Numbered from the stretch's first letter, positions 1 to 11,149 are shown. The stretch is 64,000 nt of DNA from Candidatus Gottesmanbacteria bacterium (GCA_963790805.1 CAWBPL010000002.1:704696-768695); one strand, 5' to 3'. Notes: generated from the sequence alone by a model not told the origin. Numbers and translations: made by a program.

Positions 1-657
1 GTGAAATTAAAACAGGGTAAAATGAGCAGCCGTCTTGGCAATGTCGTTTTGGGTGAATGGCTTATCGATGAGGTGAAAAAAGAAATCAATGAGGTGTTGT
101 TAAAGAATAACGTAAAAGGGGAAGAAACTGATAACAAAGAAGTCTCTCGTAAAACTCGAGATTTCGAGTCTGAAACAACAGACTCTCAAGCTGAAACGGT
201 AGCAATTGGGGCAATTAAATATTCCTTTCTGAAGGTCTCGACACCCAGTGAAATCGCGTTTGATTTAAAGGAATCCGTTAACATCAACGGTGACTCCGGA
301 CCGTATTTGCAATATACGTATGCGCGATGCAAAAGCGTGATGCGCAAAGCCGGTATAGAATCAGTTGAAAATATCGGATCGATACGAACGTTGAATCCCG
401 AAGAACGCGCCATCATACGTCTCATTATTCAGTTTCCGGACGTTGTTTCCGATGCGGCTTCCCGATTTGCGCCGAATGCATTGTGTACCTATCTCTTTCA
501 ACTGGCGCAGGCATTTAATCTGTTTTATGCGAAACACAGCATCATGGGAGCCACGAAAGATTCAGTTAAACCCCGTTTAGCCCTCACTGCAGCAACTGCG
601 CAGGTCATTAAAAACGGATTATATCTTCTGGGCATCAACACGCTTGAGCGGATGTAA
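1..657 (+). CDS. argS: arginine--tRNA ligase, C-terminal part (5' end lies outside the window)
   Basis: The ORF is open from the window edge. It contains DSGPYLQYTYARCKSV and a DALR-type anticodon-binding helical C-terminus ending ...LGINTLERM, followed by TAA at 655-657. Confidence 0.9.
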   Translation: MKLKQGKMSSRLGNVVLGEWLIDEVKKEINEVLLKNNVKGEETDNKEVSRKTRDFESETTDSQAETVAIGAIKYSFLKVSTPSEIAFDLKESVNINGDSGPYLQYTYARCKSVMRKAGIESVENIGSIRTLNPEERAIIRLIIQFPDVVSDAASRFAPNALCTYLFQLAQAFNLFYAKHSIMGATKDSVKPRLALTAATAQVIKNGLYLLGINTLERM

Positions 658-704
658 TGCGAGAAGACGTACTTCTGGTAAATCAATCGTAAAATTGCGG
701 AGAA

Positions 705-2447
705 CTAGTGTATAGTCCTCTCGTACATTTCAAACCAGCGGATATCATCGACAGCGCTTTTTATGTCGTCTTTAAACCATTCTTTTTGCGGATTTCCGGT
801 TGCCAGTAATCGCCCTTTGCTATATATGCTGATTTCACCTTTCGGTAATGATCTTATGGTGTAGCGTGTTGCTTCTGCTTCTTTTAGGCCGCCCATCGTC
901 GTGACGTTATAAACAGTGACAAACATACCGGGCTGATTCCTGATGGTGCGGGGTTGAAAAACGGCAACAAATGGCTGGTATGCCGGACGTCCATGTTCGG
1001 GATCGAGCTCAGGATAATACACTCCAACGCCATTTTTTCCGGCTCTTTTTGCTGCATACAACGCCAGATCAACCTGCTTATCTAACTCCTCCATAGTGGG
1101 GACGGGTCGATAGAATCCGGGCCGGACAACCATACCGACGCTTACGGTTACCGGAATGGTGTTTTCCTTTGTAACAATGGGTTTACCGCTTATAGATTCA
1201 CATAAACCCAGTGCAACTGTAAGTCCCTCTTCTCCGTCAATGCCACCGGAATACCCTTTAAACTCTTCACCGCCGACTCTGGCGATAATATCTGATTTAT
1301 GCGGCAGCTGCTCTCTGAGTCGAAACGCCACCTCTTTCAGAACCCCATCGCCTTCCATATGGCCCATGCTATCGTTCACGCCTTTAAAATCATCAAGATC
1401 GAGAAGAAAGTACACAGATGGCCGGCCATTACGTCTTTCAACTGTGTCGACGATATCTGTTGTTGCATAGAATGTCCGCCTGTTGGGCAAACCTGTGAGC
1501 GAATCGATTCTTGCCTGTTCCTGCAGCTCATCGTGCAGAAGGGCATTATTGACAGCTGAGCTTAATATTTTTGCAATGATCGCGATATCGTCAATGTCAT
1601 CGGGAGTAAAATTATCCGGTGTATAGCTGTTAATATTCAAATATCCCACTGTGACGCCATCTACGATGAGCGGTGCTCCCAGATATGCGCGTATATTTTT
1701 TTTGGTTCCCGAAGAATTCCAGTCGGCGGAGGCGGCAGTGTCATTAATCAGAAGCGGTTTTTGGGATGTTTTCATCGTCTGGAGTGTTGCCCATTTGTCC
1801 GATGTGGCGGAGCTTTCGCGTGGTGAATTGCCGATTTCGTGACTTTTGGAATTCCATGATTTGTTTACCATCAGGGCGCCTTCTTCATCTATCAGCATAA
1901 GATTGGCGCTATCATACGGGATGATTGTTTCCAGAGCACCGTCGGCTAAAAGCGCGATGACATCACCGAGTGTTTTAGGTCCGGCCAGTTTTTCGGCAAT
2001 CGCTGCCCGTGCTTGGGCTTTGCGTTCATCCGTAACATCACGGATTTCGAATTTGACGCCGGCCAGACTGTCCATACTCGGCTGTGCGTTTGGGGGTAAA
2101 ACGAGTTTGGTTGCAACCTGAACAATTCGTCTGGCACCATTGGGGAGCGTGACCTCAAACTCCGGCTGTTTTGCTTCCTTGCCCCGATGAATGTTCAGGG
2201 CATATCGGGCTGCTTTGAAAAAAACATCCCGTCCTTCCGTTTTCGGCATAAAGTCCAATACGTTATATTTTTTCATTTCGTCAGGGGTCTGTATGCCTGC
2301 TTCCCCGAGGGCTCGTGCATTGATGTCGAGAATATCTCCCTCAAGATTGACAATAAAAATGGGTTTTTCTACCTCCTCGAAAGATTCGTGGTGTTTGCCT
2401 ATATATGTTTGAAGAACTTCGCTGTTTGCGCTGCTATCCACACTCAT
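705..2447 (-). CDS. PAS/GAF sensor diguanylate cyclase (GGDEF domain)
   Basis: 580-aa ORF. It has RIDSLTGLPNRRTF and a GGEEF active-site motif. A GAF-like segment (GAPLIVDGVTVGYLNINS) and an N-terminal PAS-like segment precede them. A C-terminal extension of about 100 aa has unknown function. Confidence 0.85.
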   Translation of the reverse strand: MSVDSSANSEVLQTYIGKHHESFEEVEKPIFIVNLEGDILDINARALGEAGIQTPDEMKKYNVLDFMPKTEGRDVFFKAARYALNIHRGKEAKQPEFEVTLPNGARRIVQVATKLVLPPNAQPSMDSLAGVKFEIRDVTDERKAQARAAIAEKLAGPKTLGDVIALLADGALETIIPYDSANLMLIDEEGALMVNKSWNSKSHEIGNSPRESSATSDKWATLQTMKTSQKPLLINDTAASADWNSSGTKKNIRAYLGAPLIVDGVTVGYLNINSYTPDNFTPDDIDDIAIIAKILSSAVNNALLHDELQEQARIDSLTGLPNRRTFYATTDIVDTVERRNGRPSVYFLLDLDDFKGVNDSMGHMEGDGVLKEVAFRLREQLPHKSDIIARVGGEEFKGYSGGIDGEEGLTVALGLCESISGKPIVTKENTIPVTVSVGMVVRPGFYRPVPTMEELDKQVDLALYAAKRAGKNGVGVYYPELDPEHGRPAYQPFVAVFQPRTIRNQPGMFVTVYNVTTMGGLKEAEATRYTIRSLPKGEISIYSKGRLLATGNPQKEWFKDDIKSAVDDIRWFEMYERTIH

Positions 2448-2520
2448 TCTTTCATCCTAGCACAAGGCTTTGACAAAAGAAAAAAAGGAAAAGAGGATAT
2501 ATATACAAAAGAGTGTCTTT

Positions 2521-3081
2521 TTACTTGACGGGAATGGCTTGTACGACATTCCGCAGCGAATCCAGAAGTCCTGCACAGGTATAGAGAGTAAGCGTTTCTG
2601 TTTTTGTAGGAGTTAACAATTCCGTATGACCGGTCGTCACCCATTCGGTGGAAGCGACTTTGTAGCTATGGAGTGATCCATCAGTTGCTCGTATGTCAAT
2701 CCGGTCGCCCACCCGTACGTTTTCCAGTTTTCCGAAGAGATTGGGGGTATTATGCGCGTAGATAATGATGTTGCCGGCCTGTCCGGGTACTGCCGATTCA
2801 CGCACATGGTTGGCGCTTGTTTGAGATACAGCCCATGTGCCGTTTATTTCTCCGGCCTCAACAATCGGCAGATTGATACTGTTGCCGATCGTGATATGGA
2901 TGGGGTAGGGCCGCCGCGTGGCGGGTTCTTTGGCATATTGGACAAGGATGGTATTAGAGAGGCTGATAGCCTGATTGTAGAAGTACTGATGCACGCCCCA
3001 GAGTGCCATAAGAAGGCATCCTGCGCCTATTAGGAACAGTGGAAGCCATGAGATGCGGTTGGGTTGATGAGAGTGGTCCAT
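2521..3081 (-). CDS. sortase family transpeptidase
   Basis: 186 aa with an N-terminal TM helix. It carries the catalytic His context NIIIYAHN, the TLxTC-type motif LTLYTCAG and a downstream Arg (LRNVV). Confidence 0.8.
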   Translation of the reverse strand: MDHSHQPNRISWLPLFLIGAGCLLMALWGVHQYFYNQAISLSNTILVQYAKEPATRRPYPIHITIGNSINLPIVEAGEINGTWAVSQTSANHVRESAVPGQAGNIIIYAHNTPNLFGKLENVRVGDRIDIRATDGSLHSYKVASTEWVTTGHTELLTPTKTETLTLYTCAGLLDSLRNVVQAIPVK

Positions 3082-3095
3082 GGTCTATTTCGGGC

Positions 3096-3272
3096 ACGCG
3101 TAACCCTATCATATCATTTTTACGTCAGATCGCGTACGAAACGGCATAGTGCTGGGACCCGTTCGGTGTGCTCAAGGTGAACTTTGCAGTTTCTTTCCAT
3201 CCTCACTAAATGAACGTTTGCGATTGGGAATTGACTCTACAATTCTCGCGCAAACGTTCAGGTTGTCCGCAC
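3096..3272. repeat. palindromic interspersed repeat, family E copy 1
   Basis: Shares the blocks ACGCGTAAC, GGGACCCGTTCGGTGTGCTCA, ATCCTCACTAAATGAAC and GTTCAGGTTGTCCGCAC with the reverse complement of 61331-61470. The internal hairpin differs in sequence but not in form (GTTTGCG..CGCAAAC here, CCCCGCCG..CGGCGGGG there). Confidence 0.75.
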
Positions 3273-3312
3273 TATGGTTTTGCACGCGATCCTCACGAGG
3301 CTTTCAAGGGGT

Positions 3313-3474
3313 GGCGCGGGTTGAGGGGCTCCCATCGAGCGCCCGCAGTCTCGCATTACTACGAATTACGTGAATAGGATATAAGAGGTTGTTTTGTGAC
3401 CAGAAGACAATAGGTAATATTTAAGCAGGTTTGCGGGACGAGGACGTCGGATGGGAGAAAACCCGCGCCAGTCC
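3313..3474. repeat. palindromic interspersed repeat, family A copy 1 (long hairpin)
   Basis: GCGCGGGTTGAGGGGCTCCCATCGAGCGCCCGCAG ... GCGGGACGAGGACGTCGGATGGGAGAAAACCCGCGCCAG. The two arms are mutually complementary. The same arms recur at 38931-39090 and 48901-48973. Confidence 0.8.
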
Positions 3475-3480
3475 TTGCTT

Positions 3481-3520
3481 TAAACAAAAACCAAAAGGAG
3501 CCCTTTTCAGGGCTCCTTTC
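3481..3520 (-). terminator. rho-independent terminator candidate for the 3542-4198 gene
   Basis: On the minus strand the sequence is AAAGGAGCCC-TGAAAA-GGGCTCCTTT, a perfect 10-bp stem, followed by TGGTTTTTGTTT. It lies about 20 nt after the stop codon. Confidence 0.7.
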
Positions 3521-3541
3521 CAAGTTCAATTTATGTGCGTA

Positions 3542-4198
3542 TTAAACGCTTAATTTTTTCTTGATGATCATCGCAATACCGCTTACAGTGGAAAGTCCAC
3601 CCATAGCGCCGACGACGTTCATAAGCATTTCATCAGCAACACCGGTGCCTGCAAATTCGGTTGTGGCACCCAAGACCTGTCCCTGTGGAGCTGCTGTGCA
3701 TGACGGACAGCTTGATCGACCGTCACTTCGTCCGTCTGATCGTCCATCGCCGGGACCACCCGGATTTGATGGAGGCTGAGTCACAACCGGCGTCGGGCTC
3801 GGCGTTACGGTCGGAGTCGGACTTTCACAAGGATTTTTGTCCTTGTTAGAGTTAAAGCTATATGTGACTTCTCCGCCATGATTCTGACACGGATCTACGG
3901 TTGGCGTAGGAGTCGGTGTGTTGTGATCATGGTCGTGGTCGTGGTCATCGCCTTTGTCGCCACCATTGTCGCCACCTTGGTTTCCACCATTATTGCCACC
4001 GTTATAGCCTTGATCGCCACCTTGGTTTCCACCATTTCCACCTTGGTTACCTCCCTGATTACCACCTTGGTTTCCACCTTGGTTACCAAAATCGGAAAAT
4101 GCCGGTTTAACTGAAACCGCGAGCGATGTGCCAACCATGGCACCAACAATTACTACAATACCAAGAACACGAAGCATTTTATTTTTCATAAAAAACAC
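3542..4198 (-). CDS. secreted low-complexity surface protein with a C-terminal sorting-signal-like tail
   Basis: 218 aa. It has a signal/TM N-terminus, (GGNQ)n repeats, a DHDHDHDH tract and PT-rich linkers. The C-terminus reads TTEFAGTG-VADEMLM-hydrophobic-KKKLSV. The gene is adjacent to a sortase. Confidence 0.6.
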   Translation of the reverse strand: MFFMKNKMLRVLGIVVIVGAMVGTSLAVSVKPAFSDFGNQGGNQGGNQGGNQGGNGGNQGGDQGYNGGNNGGNQGGDNGGDKGDDHDHDHDHNTPTPTPTVDPCQNHGGEVTYSFNSNKDKNPCESPTPTVTPSPTPVVTQPPSNPGGPGDGRSDGRSDGRSSCPSCTAAPQGQVLGATTEFAGTGVADEMLMNVVGAMGGLSTVSGIAMIIKKKLSV

Positions 4199-4310
4199 TT
4201 TTTGGCAGGTGGTTTATACGTTGCGCGAAATTATATCACACTGTGTCAAATAGTCAAGTAAGAGTATAGAAGAGCATCATTATTGTATGCCTTTATGAGT
4301 TTTTTTACGA

Positions 4311-4419
4311 CCTGCTCAAGACAAAATTTTCTGGCTCCGCTGCTCGCAATAGCTTCACTTTTTATCAGGTTCTTCGTTTTAAGCTCGGGAAGCGAGCTGC
4401 GAAAATTTTATCTTTTCGC
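4311..4419. repeat. palindromic interspersed repeat, family C copy 1
   Basis: GACAAAATTTTCTGGCTCCGCTGCTCGCAATAG ... AGCTCGGGAAGCGAGCTGCGAAAATTTTATC. The arms are complementary and a homologous copy lies at 6851-6960. Confidence 0.7.
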
Positions 4420-4495
4420 ATGTCCGTTGACGTCTTTCCGCGTATTTGAGCAGCTCTTATAAGTCGTATTTTTATCGTGTTATACTTGGTATGCC

Positions 4496-5341
4496 ATGCG
4501 AACATCAGGGAAATTTTTGTTTTGGGCGAGCGGGGTGTTGTTTGTCATATTTCTCCTCGAATTGGCTTCGTGGCTCCATCCGGTCATGGCGCAAGGACTT
4601 CAATTTAACATTGCCCGGACACTGACGATTGATGACAAAGGGGCTGTTGATGGAGACATAGCTACGTTGATTTCAAAGGTAGAAACGCTTGCACGTTCAA
4701 CGAAAGCCTATGATGAGCACATGTACGGCGTACTTGAGGCAGATCCCGTCATGGTATATAGGACTCTTCCCACGCTTGCGGTAGCCCGTGACGGTGAAGC
4801 TGCGGTTAATGTAACCTTACTGGGTGGCCCGATTGCAGTTGGGGATTATGTGACCAGTTCTCCGATTGCCGGTAAAGGTCAGAAGGCTGAAGGAATTGCC
4901 GGCTATATGCTTGGCGTGGCACTTGAGAATTTTGATGGAAAAGGAGCGACAGCGAGCGCTGATTATTCTGGGAAAAAGTACGCAATGGGGAGAGTTAAGG
5001 TGTCGATTGGTATCGGGCCCGCATCGCCCATCATGACACAGGCGGCAGGGGGATTTCTGGGCACACTAAAGCAGATTTCTACCGCAATATTATTTAATAT
5101 TTCAACGAGTAAACAAACAGAGCGGATTATCCGGTATATTTTGGCTGTTATTATCGCGGTCGTGATTTTCTATATAAGCTACCGCACGTTCGGCCGCAAC
5201 GTAACCATGGGGCTTGAGGCAATCGGCAGAAATCCGCTCGCTAAAGGTTCGATTCAGGCCATGATTACCTTAAACATTATTCTTCTTGCAATCTCCTGTA
5301 TTGCGGGGGTCGCTTTAGCTTTGGTGATTATTAGTTTGTAG
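4496..5341 (+). CDS. membrane protein: signal peptide, ~190-aa external domain and a C-terminal helical hairpin resembling ATP synthase subunit c
   Basis: 281 aa. The C-terminal part ...GLEAIGRNPLAKGSIQAMITLNIILLAISCIAGVALALVII resembles the c-subunit loop (E-G-I-A-R-Q-P-E) plus helix 2, but helix 2 has no Asp/Glu. The gene lies directly upstream of the atp cluster. Confidence 0.5.
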   Translation: MRTSGKFLFWASGVLFVIFLLELASWLHPVMAQGLQFNIARTLTIDDKGAVDGDIATLISKVETLARSTKAYDEHMYGVLEADPVMVYRTLPTLAVARDGEAAVNVTLLGGPIAVGDYVTSSPIAGKGQKAEGIAGYMLGVALENFDGKGATASADYSGKKYAMGRVKVSIGIGPASPIMTQAAGGFLGTLKQISTAILFNISTSKQTERIIRYILAVIIAVVIFYISYRTFGRNVTMGLEAIGRNPLAKGSIQAMITLNIILLAISCIAGVALALVIISL

Positions 5342-5356
5342 CCACGAGATTCTCCC

Positions 5357-5481
5357 GCGTGATGCGCGCTCGCGAACGAAAATTTTGATGCGTCTTCAGT
5401 TTCAAGCGCCTCTTCTCCATATGCTTAATCCTTAAGAGAAAGTGAAGCCGCACAACATTTTGTTCGCTCGACGCATCGCGC
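5357..5481. repeat. palindromic interspersed repeat, family B copy 1
   Basis: The reverse complement aligns along its length with 36173-36317 (GCGCTTGAAACTGAAGACG.ATC.AAATTTTCGTT.GCGAGC and CGGCTTCACTTTCTCT). The outer arms GCGTGATGCGCG...CGCATCGCGC are complementary. Confidence 0.8.
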
Positions 5482-5532
5482 TTTTTTACCCAGTCTATAG
5501 ACAAGCCATGCAAACTCTCCTAAGATAGAATC

Positions 5533-6243
5533 ATGGATGCGATTACTGCCTATTCCATTCTCTTCGGCGTCCTTGTTGTTTCTCAGATCCTGACGCTCTT
5601 TTTAGTCATTGGTATCAGACGGAAATCTGCTAAACCACAGGAAGGATTATTCCGTGAATCGCAGGCCAAGACTCACAGCATCATCTACAAGTCCATTCAG
5701 CAGGCGAATAAAATCCTCGTTGCGGCAGAACTTAAGGGTCTTCAGCTTCTCTCAAAGCAAAAAGTAACAAGCGGCGAGCTCACTGATCAATTTAACGCAC
5801 ACCTCGCTACGATCGAAAAAGCACTGGAAGATCAGCTGGAGCGAAACGCTAAGCATGCTGAGGAAACCTATGGTGAGTTTATAACAGGTGCCGAGGCATC
5901 GATTAACAGCCACATTGAAGCAAACCAGAAAATGCTTGAGGAAAAAGCGCAGGCCATGATCGAGCGAACCGAGAGTCTTTTAACCAAGTTTACGGCCGAC
6001 GTTGAAGCAAAGGTCAAAGGTGATGTCGAAAAGGAATTGGTCATGGCTTCACAGGAGATTGAGCAGTACAAACAGAATCGCATGCGTGTCGTTGATGAGC
6101 GCATTGTCGATATTCTGGAGAGTGTGCTTCGCGTCGTTTTGGATAAAAAGATGAGTTTAGCCGACCAGAGCGAGCTTATTTATAAGGCGCTTGAAGATGC
6201 CAAGCGGGAACACTCGTTTTCATCAACAACCAAAAGCTCATGA
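5533..6243 (+). CDS. atpF: F-type ATP synthase subunit b-like (N-terminal TM helix plus long coiled coil)
   Basis: 236 aa with a single N-terminal TM helix followed by a charged helical region. Its stop overlaps the next start (ATGA at 6240-6243). It occupies the position expected for subunit b. Confidence 0.55.
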   Translation: MDAITAYSILFGVLVVSQILTLFLVIGIRRKSAKPQEGLFRESQAKTHSIIYKSIQQANKILVAAELKGLQLLSKQKVTSGELTDQFNAHLATIEKALEDQLERNAKHAEETYGEFITGAEASINSHIEANQKMLEEKAQAMIERTESLLTKFTADVEAKVKGDVEKELVMASQEIEQYKQNRMRVVDERIVDILESVLRVVLDKKMSLADQSELIYKALEDAKREHSFSSTTKSS

Positions 6244-6758
6244 CAGAAGATCAGCTCGTCACCACCATGCTCGCGTCCAGTTTTATGAAGGCTGATTTAC
6301 TACGCCGGATCAGGCTGGTGCGTGAGTTTTCGGAGCAGCGGTTTTTTACCCCTTCAGGCAAAAAAGAGCTTCCGGAATTTTATACGTTCGCCAACGTTTC
6401 CGAGGAGGATCAGAAGGTGTTAAACGGGTGGGGGAAAGATTTTTTCAGTTCGTTTACGAAAGAAAATGCATATGATTTACTTGAAAAGATTGCGGCCAAA
6501 ACCAAGGATTTGCCTGCAATTAATCTCTACGTTCCCATTAATCCCGATGCAAATGAGGCGGGGAAGCTCGGCGCATGGTTTCGTGCGAATGTCGACAAAT
6601 TTATTCTTATAGAAGTTCATGTCGATTCTTCGACGTTTGGCGGATGCGCATTTGCTTGGAACGGGGTGTACTACGATTATTCTCTGCGACATTATATGCA
6701 TAGAAAAATGGATGGAATCAGAAAAGTTTTAGATGAATTTACGAAGGAAAAAGAATGA
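6240..6758 (+). CDS. atpH: F-type ATP synthase subunit delta (OSCP-like)
   Basis: 172 aa. The C-terminal VDSSTFGGCAFAWNGVYYDYSLRHYM matches the delta/OSCP signature (vD.sliGG..i..gd.v.D.S.r..L). It occupies the operon position before alpha. Confidence 0.6.
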   Translation: MTEDQLVTTMLASSFMKADLLRRIRLVREFSEQRFFTPSGKKELPEFYTFANVSEEDQKVLNGWGKDFFSSFTKENAYDLLEKIAAKTKDLPAINLYVPINPDANEAGKLGAWFRANVDKFILIEVHVDSSTFGGCAFAWNGVYYDYSLRHYMHRKMDGIRKVLDEFTKEKE

Positions 6759-6788
6759 AAGGTCATAATGTGTATGCCTATTTTATTG

Positions 6789-7042
6789 ACGATACAAGGA
6801 GGTATGCTTTTTGCCCAGCACCGTCACGCGCAGGAGCTCTGAAGACGCATTGTTGCTCGTGACAAAATTATTTTGATCCGCTGCTCGCAATAGTTTATCT
6901 GTCCATATATCGGGATATTGCTTAGCTCGAGAAGCGATCTGCAATAATTTTGTCACTCGCCCGTATGAGGCCCTGAGTTTTCAAAAAAGCCTCAAGCCTT
7001 CTTGACGGATGCGCACAAAAAGCATACCGACGACAGTATCGC
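6789..7042. repeat. palindromic interspersed repeat, family C copy 2 nested in an outer inverted repeat
   Basis: The inner part (6851-6960) is homologous to 4311-4419. The outer arms GATACAAGGAGGTATGCTTTTTG (about 6792-6814) and CAAAAAGCATACCGACGACAGTATC (about 7016-7040) are complementary. Confidence 0.7.
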
Positions 7043-7075
7043 AGTCATATTTGATAAAAATACATGAGGTAACAT

Positions 7076-8598
7076 ATGCCAACACCAACACCAACGCCAA
7101 TGAAACGAGCCAAGTTTACGATGCCGCCGCCGGCCGAACAGGAAAAAAAAGCGGGTAAGATTATCCCGACGGTCGGCGATAAAGAAGTAGGCTACGTGGT
7201 TTCTACGCAGGATTATATTGTCATCGTGGAAGGGCTTCCCTCGGCCCGTCTATACAACATTATCGTGACAAAAAACGGCGGTCGGGCGATGGTGTCGGCC
7301 TTGGAAAAAGATCGCATCGAAGCGCTTATGCTGGATTCCGAGCGGCCGAAGCCGGGTGATTATTTTGAGCTTTCGGACTTCGGACTACGACTTCCTCTTA
7401 ACGTCGACCTTTTCGGCCGCATGATTAATCCTCTGGGTATGGCGCTCGACGGCAAAGCCGGATTGCCGCCGGGAGGCGAACCGCTTGATCTTGATATCGT
7501 GGCTCCAGGAATTGACGGCCGTGCGGCCGTTACGGAGCAGTTCTACACCGGTCTTACGGTCGTTGATACGCTTCTTCCTGTCGGCAAAGGCCAGCGGGAG
7601 CTTATTATGTGTGAGCCGCGAAGCGGAAAAGAACAGTTTTTCCTTGACGTGATTCTTTCGCAAAAAACGCAGAACCGCGTCTGCATCTATGCCGCGATCG
7701 GGCGAAGCGAACTTGAAGTCAAACGGTTTTCGGAAGATATCAAAACCATCGGCGCTGATACGTATACCATTATCGTTGCCGCAACATCCAGCGAATCGGC
7801 GCCTATGATTCAGATAGCGCCGTCTGTCGCTTCGGCCTTAGCGGAATATTACCGGAATCTGGGCCGCCATGTTCTTTTAATTCTTGACGATCTGGCCACC
7901 CATGCAAAATACGCGCGTGAGATTTCACTTCTTGCCGGCCGGATTCCCGGCCGCGAGTCGTATCCTGCCGATATTTTTTACCAGCACTCGAGCATTGTGG
8001 AGCGGGCAGGTAATTTTAATGATCATTATCACAACGGTTCGATTACGATGCTGCCGACTATTGAAACCAACATCGAAAACTTCACCAACCTCATTCCGAC
8101 CAACGTCATGTCGATGACGGACGGCCATATTTTGTTCTCCGCAAACCTGAGGGCACAGGGTGTGTATCCGGCTATTGAGGCTGACCGCTCCGTCACCCGC
8201 GTCGGACGCCAGACGCAGACGTTTATTCATAAGGTGCTTTCCGATCGTGTCAGGTTATTACTTGCCGAATACCACGAGCTCGAGCGCTACGGCCGGTTCG
8301 GCAGCGAGCTTTCCGCAGAGACGCAGCTCAAAATTAAGCGGGGAAAAGTGGTTGAAGAACTTCTCAAGCAGGATCCGATGTCGTCCATCAGCCCCCAAGC
8401 GCAGATTGTCATGCTTTCACTCGTATTCACGGGATTTTTCGATAAAATGGATTTAGATTCCCTAAGGACACTCAAAAAGAAAGTCGTTGCCACACTGCAA
8501 TCTAGCACGTATAAGACGGTCATGGATGCGACCAAAACAGCGAAGCTGGATGAGCTCATCACGCAATTAAAGACACAGTTAAAACCTTTGGAGGATGC

Positions 8599-8620
<22 letters not shown>
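7076..8620 (+). CDS. atpA: F1 ATP synthase subunit alpha (Walker A degenerate)
   Basis: 514 aa with alpha-family similarity throughout (LLPVGKGQRELI..., SITMLPTIET, SMTDGHILF, YPAIEADRSVTRVG). The P-loop position reads CEPRSGKE instead of GDRQTGKT. Confidence 0.9.

Positions 8621-11149
<2,529 letters not shown>

Noticed and set aside
1156-2528. Several 60-113-aa plus-strand ORFs antisense to the GGDEF gene, and similar antisense or overlapping ORFs inside atpA, atpD, lepA, the 952-aa gene and glgA
   Set aside because: They are embedded in well-supported longer genes on the opposite strand or in another frame, and their composition is low-complexity or atypical.
3149-3373. 74-aa ORF in the sortase upstream spacer, and similar short ORFs at 35738-36171
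   Set aside because: They lie entirely within palindromic repeat modules (E1/A1, D1/B2). The shared peptide RxEGLPSSARS reflects the repeated DNA, not a conserved gene.
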